Origin: Gemmatimonadales bacterium
Lineage (GTDB): Bacteria > Gemmatimonadota > Gemmatimonadetes > Gemmatimonadales > GWC2-71-9
Direction of reading: 5' to 3'
DNA length: 64,000 nucleotides
NCBI GenBank assembly: GCA_041613315.1
Contig: JBFJHJ010000012.1
Span: 9,731 to 73,730, forward strand
Shown: piece by piece, positions 1 to 7,436 of the stretch
How positions within the stretch are numbered: position 1 is the first letter of the stretch
Layout: the number at the start of each line of letters is the position of its first letter
Program-made: the position numbers and the translations under genes
Notes under the pieces: model-generated
Seen by the model: the letters and a program-made list of their open reading frames with translations, nothing else
The model's database searches: none
What the model was told of the DNA's origin: nothing

Positions 1-1
1 G

Positions 2-1045
2 GTGCGGGCCCTCGCCGAGGCAGCCGCGGATCCCGCCATGAGCCGGTATGCCTTTCAGGTGGGCCTTCCGGCGTTTCGTGAGGCGGCGGCCGGCTACATG
101 CGTCGCCGCTTTGGCGTGACGCTCGATCCAACGGCCGAGATCCTGCCGCTCCTTGGCTCCAAGGAAGGCCTCGCCCATCTGCCGGCCGCCGTGGTGAACC
201 CCGGCGAGGTGTGCGTGCTGCCCGATCCCGGGTACCCGGCCTACGTCGGGGGGGCCGTGCTGGCGGACGCGGAGATCGCGCGATATCCGCTCACCGCGGC
301 GGGGGGGTTCTTGGTCGAGCTCGACCAGCTTCCCGCCGAGCGGCTCGACCGGGTGCGGTTGGTGTATGTGAATTATCCGAACAACCCCACGGCGGCGGTG
401 GCGCCGCGGGAGTACTTGGAGCGTTTGGTGCAGTTGTGCCGCGATCGGGGGATCGTGATCGCCTACGACAACCCGTACTGTGAGATCACGTTCGACGGTT
501 ATCGTGCGCCGAGCATTCTGGAGATCCCCGGCGCTCGCGACGTGGCGGTCGAGTTCCATTCGCTGTCGAAGAGCTTCTGCATGACGGGCTGGCGCCTCGC
601 GTGGGCCGCTGGGAACGCCGAGCTCGTCGCAGCGCTGACCCGGGTCAAGACGTACGTGGACACGGGAGCGTTCTTGGCCATCCAGTACGCCGGGGCCCAC
701 GTGCTGGAGCGAGCGGCGGAGCTGGTGGAGCCGATCCGCCGGCGGTTTGCCGAGCGCCGCGATGCGGCGGTGGCGGCGCTGCGGGACACGGGGCTCGACT
801 TCGCTGCGCCGCTGGCTACGATGTATCTCTGGATTCCGGTGCCGGAGGGGGTCTCCGCCCGGAGCGTCGCAGAAGACGTCCTCGAGCGCGAGGGCGTCAT
901 GGTGCTGCCGGGCCCGGCGTTCGGTCCCGGTGGCGAAGGTTATGTCCGCCTTGCACTCACCGTCGATTCCGGCCGCCTCGCCGAAGCCGCTCGGCGGATC
1001 GGGAACACGCTCCGGCGGCTCGCGGCCGCCGGCGCACGTTCCTAG
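2..1045 (+). CDS. PLP-dependent class I/II aminotransferase, LL-diaminopimelate aminotransferase-like (5' truncated by window edge)
   Basis: Motifs LLGSKEGLAH, PDPGYPAY, NYPNNPT, YDNPY and EFHSLSKSFCMTGWR (PLP lysine); ends GEGYVRLAL. Confidence 0.88.
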   Translation: MRALAEAAADPAMSRYAFQVGLPAFREAAAGYMRRRFGVTLDPTAEILPLLGSKEGLAHLPAAVVNPGEVCVLPDPGYPAYVGGAVLADAEIARYPLTAAGGFLVELDQLPAERLDRVRLVYVNYPNNPTAAVAPREYLERLVQLCRDRGIVIAYDNPYCEITFDGYRAPSILEIPGARDVAVEFHSLSKSFCMTGWRLAWAAGNAELVAALTRVKTYVDTGAFLAIQYAGAHVLERAAELVEPIRRRFAERRDAAVAALRDTGLDFAAPLATMYLWIPVPEGVSARSVAEDVLEREGVMVLPGPAFGPGGEGYVRLALTVDSGRLAEAARRIGNTLRRLAAAGARS

Positions 1046-1064
1046 GTTCCGCCTCCCGCCTCCG

Positions 1065-1928
1065 GTGCGCGAGCGCGGCCGCCCACTGTGGGTGGCCGCG
1101 AGCGTCCTCGTCCACCTCGTCGCGGTCCTCGCGTTGGCGCGCATGGCCGGCCGCACCTTCGCCGTCTCGGAGACCACGCCATTTATCTTGCTCGAGCTAG
1201 GCCCGTCCGGCCGAGAGGTGGCGATGCCGGCCTACGCGTCGCCCGGCCAACGCGGCGCGAGCCAGGGCGGTCAGGGCCTGCGGGCGGACGAGCTGGTGGG
1301 CGAGCGCCTCGTCCCGGTCGCACCCACCACGCCGCGCGATTCGGTGATCCCGCTCCGGACCGACGAGATCGTGATGGTCGTGACCCGCGGGCCGGTGCGC
1401 TCCGACAGCGGGCCCGCCGGCGCGGAGGGCCCGCTCAGGACCGACCGGATCCTGGGCCCGGCGTACGGCGATGGCCGGCTCTGGGTGCGGCCGTTCTTCG
1501 CGGCACTCGGCGTCGTGGGCCCCTCGCCCGACGCGGCCACGCACACGGCTCGCGTCGAGGCGGCGGTCCTGGAGCGGATGAAGGCGTTCATCGACACCAT
1601 GCCGCGGGACAGCTTTGCCCTACCGCCGCCGCCGCGGTGGACCACGGACCTCGGCGGCAACACCTGGGGGATCGACCGGAACTGGATCTACCTCGGCGAC
1701 ATTAAGCTTCCGACGGCACTACTGGCCCTGCTGCCGCTTCCGCAAGGGAACTACGACCAGGCGAAGGCGGCGCAGGAGCTCCAGCGGATGCGGGAAGACA
1801 TCATCCAGGCCGCCCGACGCGCCGAGACCGCGGAGGAGTTCCGGAAGTACGTGGAGGAGCTCCGCAAACGGAAAGATGCCGAGCGCGAAGCAGCCCGAGC
1901 CGCGCAGCGGGACTCGGTGGTTCCGTAG
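1065..1928 (+). CDS. Hypothetical single-pass membrane protein with TonB/TolA-type N-terminal anchor (SxxxH)
   Basis: Frame of ORF 747..1928; TM segment LWVAASVLVHLVAVLALA, Pro/Gly-rich linker and helical charged C-terminus; start (GTG 1065) uncertain. Confidence 0.7.
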   Translation: MRERGRPLWVAASVLVHLVAVLALARMAGRTFAVSETTPFILLELGPSGREVAMPAYASPGQRGASQGGQGLRADELVGERLVPVAPTTPRDSVIPLRTDEIVMVVTRGPVRSDSGPAGAEGPLRTDRILGPAYGDGRLWVRPFFAALGVVGPSPDAATHTARVEAAVLERMKAFIDTMPRDSFALPPPPRWTTDLGGNTWGIDRNWIYLGDIKLPTALLALLPLPQGNYDQAKAAQELQRMREDIIQAARRAETAEEFRKYVEELRKRKDAEREAARAAQRDSVVP

Positions 1929-2086
1929 GCGCCCCACGGGTAGACGGGGAAGTGTTCCGGTGGCAAGTTGCCGGCGTCCAGGGCCACCGAATGGAGAAGA
2001 GCCGCACGTGTCTGAGGGAACTTGACCCCGGTGGCGCGTGTTAGATGGAACGATGGTCACGCCGCTCGATACCTGAAGAACCGCTC

Positions 2087-2599
2087 ATGGCCACGCTGTT
2101 CGCCTACGGCACCCTCATGTGGGACAACGCCCTCGCCTCGTATCGCGGGCAGCACGCCCGGGCGGAGGGCATGCGTCGGGCCTTCATCGGCCAATCCGAG
2201 CGCCGCTGGGGATCTCCCCGACATCCGTGTCCTCAGATCGGGCTGGTCGAGGGCGAGGGATGTGGCGGCGTGCTCTTCGACGTTCCTTCCGCCGACCGCC
2301 GCTACCTGTTTCGCAACCTCAAGCAGCGCGAGGGCGTGCCCCTGCGCTCGGTCCGTCTGCGGGACCACCGCGGAACGGTCATGCGGGCGCGGTGTTTTCT
2401 GCCCGACGCCGGCAGCCGCCGCTGGGAGGACGCCGAGGAGCTGCTCGAGGCGCTGCGGGCCGCGCGGGGCCTGGTGGGCACCGGGGCGGAGTACGTCCGC
2501 GCGATCGTACATGCGATGGAGCTGTGGCAGATCGACGATCCGGTGGTGACGCACATCTGGGAACGCATCCGGCACTGGGCCCCCAACCCGGTGACGTGA
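2087..2599 (+). CDS. ChaC-family gamma-glutamylcyclotransferase
   Basis: N-terminal LFAYGTLMW, RRAF..RWGSP..P, L.QREG and ARGLVGTGAEYV motifs; ATG 2087. Confidence 0.85.
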   Translation: MATLFAYGTLMWDNALASYRGQHARAEGMRRAFIGQSERRWGSPRHPCPQIGLVEGEGCGGVLFDVPSADRRYLFRNLKQREGVPLRSVRLRDHRGTVMRARCFLPDAGSRRWEDAEELLEALRAARGLVGTGAEYVRAIVHAMELWQIDDPVVTHIWERIRHWAPNPVT

Positions 2600-2608
2600 A
2601 ACGACGAC

Positions 2609-2634
2609 ACGGAACACGGACTACGGATGACGGA
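2609..2634 (+). repeat. Heptamer-period tandem repeat (ACGGA at 2609, 2616, 2623, 2630)
   Basis: Read directly: cACGGAacACGGActACGGAtgACGGA. Confidence 0.7.
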
Positions 2635-3826
2635 CACGATCTCTGGCACGTTGGAGCAGCGCCGCGACGCCGCTTCCTTCCCGTTCGGCGTCCGACCGGA
2701 GGCGGCGGCGCCCGATCGGGACGGTCGAGGGCCGGACACCATGAACCGGCTCCTGCTCCACGCGGCGCGCTACCATGCCCGGGACGCGGTCTCGCTGCGG
2801 TGGGAGGAGGGGCGCACGGAGTGGGGATGGCAGCCGATGCCGGATTGGCGCGCGGACCGGTACACGGTACGGGCGGCGCTGGTCCTCCGTCAGCGGCTCG
2901 AGGTCGCCGACGGCGAGACGGTGGCGCTGTGGCTGCCGCTGAGCACGGAATGGCCGATCGTCGAGCGGGCGGTGTGGTCCATCGGCGCCGTGAGTGTGCC
3001 GGTCTGGCCCGAGTGGGATCTCGAGCGCGTCGCGCAGGTCATGGCCGATGCGCAGCCGGCGGTGCTGGTTGCCCCGGATTGGGAAGCGGTGCGGCAGCTC
3101 CGCGTGATCGGCGGGCTCCCCGAATCCGTGCGAGGCATCGTGCTGTGGCGGGGGGCGCCGGACGACGCGCAGGACGCCCTACCGTTCGCCCAATTCCTGG
3201 ACTATGGGGGCGTGCTGGACACCGCGGAGCGGGCAGCCATGTGGCGCACCCTCACGCGGGGTCTCTCGCCGGACACGGCCGTGAGCCGTGAATACACCTC
3301 GAGCGGCCCGCTCCAGTGGGGCAAGCTGGATCACCGGATGCTCGTGGCTGCCGTGGAGCGGATGCTGCGGCGCTTTCCGGCTCATGCCGGGCGGGTCCAG
3401 GTGCTCACCACCGAGCGCCCGCACCCCACGCTGCGCGCGCTGATCTTCGCCGGCTGGGTGGACGGCCTCACCCGGACGATCTTCGCCGCGACGTCCGAGG
3501 CCCAGGAACATCTCGAGGCGTTCGTCCCGGATCTCGTCGTGGGTCCGGCGGAATCGCTCGGCAGCGTATTGCGTACGGTGCAAGCTGCTGCGGCGGCCCC
3601 GGAGCCGCCGGCGCCGCGCCGCGGACTGCTCGCCCGGCTGCTTGGGGTGCGGAGCGGTGACGACACCGCTCCGCGGCGTCGGCCACGGGCGCCGACGGTG
3701 CGGGTGCTTCTGACCGACGGCGCGCCGCCCGCCCTGGACGACGCGACCGTCACTATGCAGTTTGTGGAAGAGTCGGAGATCGACGTGTTCCCGATTGGCC
3801 CCGGCATGGCCGGCCAGGGTCAGTGA
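2627..3826 (+). CDS. AMP-binding (long-chain acyl-CoA synthetase-like) protein, degenerate and C-terminally truncated
   Basis: N-terminal ACSL-like segment (GETVALW..STEW.IVERAVWSIGAVSVPVW); P-loop eroded to EYTSSGPLQWGKLDH; no GYGxTE or TGD motifs. Confidence 0.7.
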   Translation: MTDTISGTLEQRRDAASFPFGVRPEAAAPDRDGRGPDTMNRLLLHAARYHARDAVSLRWEEGRTEWGWQPMPDWRADRYTVRAALVLRQRLEVADGETVALWLPLSTEWPIVERAVWSIGAVSVPVWPEWDLERVAQVMADAQPAVLVAPDWEAVRQLRVIGGLPESVRGIVLWRGAPDDAQDALPFAQFLDYGGVLDTAERAAMWRTLTRGLSPDTAVSREYTSSGPLQWGKLDHRMLVAAVERMLRRFPAHAGRVQVLTTERPHPTLRALIFAGWVDGLTRTIFAATSEAQEHLEAFVPDLVVGPAESLGSVLRTVQAAAAAPEPPAPRRGLLARLLGVRSGDDTAPRRRPRAPTVRVLLTDGAPPALDDATVTMQFVEESEIDVFPIGPGMAGQGQ

Positions 3827-3883
3827 GGCAACGACGTTGGGCCCGACTGGCTCGTCAGGCCCGAACACCAGAGGGAGGTTTTC

Positions 3884-5758
3884 ATGAGTGACTTGCTCGC
3901 CACGGCCACGAAAACCGCCGCGAGTCTCGCGTGGCGCACCTTCCAGAGCGTCAACACCCGCATCCCCGACAGCCCCTCCATCCAGCCCACGTGGGCGCCG
4001 GGGCCGCTCCCGAAGAGCTACGAGCGCACCAAGCCGCCCCTTGGATGGCCGCGAGAGACCGATTCGCTGTGCCCTCGGTGCGTCATCGAGGTGCGTGACG
4101 CGATCATCGCGGGTGAACGGGACATCTCCGAGTTCGTGGAACGGCGGGCAGGCGAGGTCCGCGCGCGCATCAACGAGGAGCACGGCAAGCTGATCATCCG
4201 CAAGACGTGCCCGACGCATGGGGACTTCTGGGACACGCTCTCGATCGATCCGCAGTTCAGCGCGCTCCTCGAGCGGCGATTCTTTGGTCGCGACTACCGG
4301 ACGGCGGCGGACGCGCACGTCCACCGGCATGGCACCTCCACGATCCGCTACGGTCGCGGGGCGGTGCTGACGATCGACCTGACGAACCGCTGCAACATGA
4401 TGTGCAACCCGTGCTTCATGGATGCGAACCAGGTCGGGTACGTGCACGAGCTGACGCTGGACGACATCAAGCAGATCCTCGATGACTCGATCTCCTTCAA
4501 GCCCCGGCGCCAGATGTCGGTGCAGTTCTCGGGCGGCGAGCCCACGATGTCGCCGCACTTCCTCGAGGCGTGCCGCTACGCGAAGGAAGTCGGGTATTAC
4601 ACCGTGCAGGCGGCGACCAACGGGTTGCGCTTCGCGCTCGAGCCGGAGTTCGCCTATCAGGCGAAAGAAGCCGGCCTCAACATGGCCTACTTCCAGTTCG
4701 ACGGGGTGACCAACGAGGCGAACGCGCACCGGCAGATCAGCAACCTGTTCGATGCCAAGTGGCTCGCCGTCGAGCGGATGCACGATGCCGGGATCGACAT
4801 CTCACCGGTCACGACCGTGGTGAACACGATCAACGACCAACAGGTGGGCCCGATCCTCGACTTCGTGATCGAGCACTCGGACAAGATGGGCGCCGTGTCG
4901 TTCCAGCCGGTGTCGTTCACCGGCCGCGACGAGGAGATCAGCGACGCCGACCGGCACGCCCAGCGCTACACGATCTCCCACCTGGCGCACGCGTTCGCGG
5001 AGTACTTCGACGGGAAGATCGATCCGTACCGTGACTGGTACCCGCTCGGGGCCATGGGGGCGTTCACCTGGCTGGCCGATCACCTCCGCGGGCCCGACAT
5101 CGACTTCGGCGGCGTGTCCTGTTCGTGTCACCCGAACTGCGGTGCCAGCGTGGTGTTGGCGCTCAATTCGAAGACCAAGGCGTGGGGGCCCCTGACGGAG
5201 TTCTTCAACGTCGAGCAGTTCGTGAAGGACATCAACGTCATCACGGATACGTCGCGGGGCCAGGGCTTGAGCAAGGCGCAGGCGGGGCTGGCGCTGCTCC
5301 GCAACCTCGACCAGCGCAAGATGCCCTCGGGCCTCACGGTCAAGAAGTTCCTCCAGCTTGCCAACCGGAAGATGGGTGGCGCGCTGGACGAGAAGGCCGA
5401 CCGCGACACGAAGGAGTGGAACCTGATGTGGATTGGCGGGATGTGGTTCCAGGATCTCTGGACCTATGACTTCCGCCGCACCGAGATGTGCGTGATTCCC
5501 TACGCCACCCAGGAGGGGGAGATCTCCTTCTGCGCGTACAACACGGGCGCCGGGTGGCGGAAGATCGTGGAGAACATGCACATGGTCGCGAAGACGAGCG
5601 ACTGGTTCAAGGACAAGGGCCGGCACCAGATCTATGCCGGGAACCGGCCGATGGACCTGAAGCCGGGGACGCGCGCGCTGCCGGTCGTCGAGAAGCGCCA
5701 GCTCGCCGTGCCGCACGCGGGGACCGTCCAGTTGGGCTCGGGCTGCGGCTGCCACTGA
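3884..5758 (+). CDS. tes: Radical SAM enzyme of the tetraether lipid synthase (Tes/GDGT-MAS, MJ0619-like) family
   Basis: Rubredoxin-like SLCPRC...KTCPTHG, rSAM CNMMCNPC, QFSGGEPT, YFQFDG, CHPNCG and C-terminal MCVIPYAT..ISFCAYN; GGAGG RBS upstream. Confidence 0.8.
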   Translation: MSDLLATATKTAASLAWRTFQSVNTRIPDSPSIQPTWAPGPLPKSYERTKPPLGWPRETDSLCPRCVIEVRDAIIAGERDISEFVERRAGEVRARINEEHGKLIIRKTCPTHGDFWDTLSIDPQFSALLERRFFGRDYRTAADAHVHRHGTSTIRYGRGAVLTIDLTNRCNMMCNPCFMDANQVGYVHELTLDDIKQILDDSISFKPRRQMSVQFSGGEPTMSPHFLEACRYAKEVGYYTVQAATNGLRFALEPEFAYQAKEAGLNMAYFQFDGVTNEANAHRQISNLFDAKWLAVERMHDAGIDISPVTTVVNTINDQQVGPILDFVIEHSDKMGAVSFQPVSFTGRDEEISDADRHAQRYTISHLAHAFAEYFDGKIDPYRDWYPLGAMGAFTWLADHLRGPDIDFGGVSCSCHPNCGASVVLALNSKTKAWGPLTEFFNVEQFVKDINVITDTSRGQGLSKAQAGLALLRNLDQRKMPSGLTVKKFLQLANRKMGGALDEKADRDTKEWNLMWIGGMWFQDLWTYDFRRTEMCVIPYATQEGEISFCAYNTGAGWRKIVENMHMVAKTSDWFKDKGRHQIYAGNRPMDLKPGTRALPVVEKRQLAVPHAGTVQLGSGCGCH

Positions 5759-5784
5759 CCGAGTCCCGATGGCGTGAAAGCGAC

Positions 5785-5815
5785 ACGGGCGGCTGCAAGG
5801 CCGCCCGTTCTCGTT
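5785..5815 (+). terminator. Hairpin after tes (probable terminator)
   Basis: ACGGGCGGC-tgcaag-GCCGCCCGT followed by tctcgtt. Confidence 0.55.
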
Positions 5816-5824
5816 CGCCTGTCT

Positions 5825-5906
5825 GTGGGGAGTGATATGTGAAGGGTGATACCTGAGGCACGACTTCCCACCGCTCACGTTTCACTCGTACCTCGTTCAC
5901 CTCTCA
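5825..5906. repeat. Heptamer-period imperfect palindrome between convergent tes and gltX
   Basis: GTGA at 5832/5839/5846 (CTGA 5853), then CCAC/TCAC at 5868/5875/5882. Confidence 0.6.
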
Positions 5907-7238
5907 ATGGTCGCTCTGCAGATCGGCCGGCGCCCACTCCCGAGCCGCCTCCATCCGCGCCAGGCTCTCCCCGCGCCCCACGATCTCCAGCAGCACGTTA
6001 ACGGGCTCCGAGACCGTCGTCCCGGTGAGCGCGATCCGGATCGGTTGGAAGATCTTGCCGGCGCCGACGTCCAGGGAGTCGGCGAGCTCGCGCAGCTCGG
6101 TCTCGAGCCGCGCCTGCTCCCACTCGCCATCGTCGAGCCCCCGGAGGCGCGCATGCACCGCCTGGAGCGCGTTCAGAAACCCCACGGGGTCCTTCGCGAT
6201 CTGCTCCTCCGCCTTCTCGTCCCGCTTGACGTGCGCGGCGTCCAACCGGACGCTCATCTGCCACGCGGCGTGCAGCGTCGTGCGCGCCCGCTCCCGCACC
6301 ACTTCCATCACCCGGCGGAGCCGTGCAGGCGCGTAGCGCCCGGAGTCCACGCCCGCCTGGGCGAGCAGCGGCTCCACGAGCGGGAGGAGCTCGTCCGGCG
6401 GCGTCCGGCTCATGTGTTGTCCGTTCATCCACTCCAGCTTTGCCGGATCGAAGATCGCGCTCTTCTTCTGGATCCCGTTGATCGAAAAGGCCGCCACCAG
6501 CTCGTCCGGCGCGAAGAACAACTCCCGGTCGTCGCCCGGATTCCACCCGAGGAGCGCGAGGAAGTTGCGGAGTGCCGGCGCCAGGATCCCCAGCTTGCGG
6601 TAATCACCGACCGCCGTCGCCCCGTGGCGCTTGGAGAGCCTCTTCCCGTCGGGCCCATGGATCATGGGGACGTGCGCGAAGACCGGGGGCTCGTGGCCCA
6701 GCGCGCGATATACGGCGATCTGCTTGGGGGTGTTCGAGATGTGATCGTCGCCCCGCATCACCTGCGTGATCCGCATGTCGATGTCGTCGACCACCACCGT
6801 GAGGTTGTAGGTGGGCGTGCGGTCCGAGCGCAGGATCACCCAGTCCTTGACGTCCTCGCCTCGAAACCGCACGCGCTCGTATACGGCGTCGTCCCACGCG
6901 ATCTCGCCCGTGGGCATCCGAAAGCGGATCGCGCCTTCGTGCTCGTACGCGTGGCCCTCGGCCAGGAGCCGGTCCGCGAGCTCCTGATGCCGCGCGATCC
7001 GCGCGCCCTGGAAGACGGGCTCCTCGTCCCAGTCGAGGCCGAGCCACGCGAGGCCGTCCAGGATCACGCGCGTGTGCTCCTCGGAGGAGCGCGCGCGGTC
7101 GGTGTCCTCGATGCGCAGGAGAAACGCGCCGCCCGCCTGGCGCGCGACGAGCCAGTTGAACAGCGCGGTGCGGGCCCCGCCCACGTGCAGATAGCCCGTC
7201 GGCGAGGGCGCGAACCGGACGCGGAGCGAGGGGTCCAT
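5904..7238 (-). CDS. gltX: Glutamate--tRNA ligase (short form lacking the Zn-binding insertion)
   Basis: VRFAPSPTGYLHVGG, LRIEDTD, RGDDHISNT, RLSKRHG; ATG 7238 with GGAGGA RBS at 7241-7246. Confidence 0.96.
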   Translation of the reverse strand: MDPSLRVRFAPSPTGYLHVGGARTALFNWLVARQAGGAFLLRIEDTDRARSSEEHTRVILDGLAWLGLDWDEEPVFQGARIARHQELADRLLAEGHAYEHEGAIRFRMPTGEIAWDDAVYERVRFRGEDVKDWVILRSDRTPTYNLTVVVDDIDMRITQVMRGDDHISNTPKQIAVYRALGHEPPVFAHVPMIHGPDGKRLSKRHGATAVGDYRKLGILAPALRNFLALLGWNPGDDRELFFAPDELVAAFSINGIQKKSAIFDPAKLEWMNGQHMSRTPPDELLPLVEPLLAQAGVDSGRYAPARLRRVMEVVRERARTTLHAAWQMSVRLDAAHVKRDEKAEEQIAKDPVGFLNALQAVHARLRGLDDGEWEQARLETELRELADSLDVGAGKIFQPIRIALTGTTVSEPVNVLLEIVGRGESLARMEAAREWAPADLQSDH

Positions 7239-7436
7239 GGTCCTCCATGGTGCCGGTACCACAGGATCGCGCGGGTCGTCGCCCGCTACGCGACCAGTCC
7301 CGGCGCGGCCGACCGGACGTCGGGCGCGACGTGATCGCCCAAAGGTAAACCGGGCACCGCCATTTGGGCACACGCTCCGCCCTTGCGCGGAGGCGCTTAC
7401 GACCGCACGTTGTGGGGATCCATATCGACAGGTGTA

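Noticed and set aside
1940..2030. Cobalamin-riboswitch-like words upstream of ChaC (GGGAAG..CCGGTG.CAAGT..CCGG, GCCACCG..GGAGAAG)
   Set aside because: The conserved GCxACTGT and B12-box elements are missing; an Rfam scan would settle it
5735..5810. Possible selenocysteine read-through at the tes stop (GCGCH-TGA followed by a hairpin)
   Set aside because: The hairpin starts about 27 nt downstream and looks like a terminator, and the read-through sequence is not protein-like
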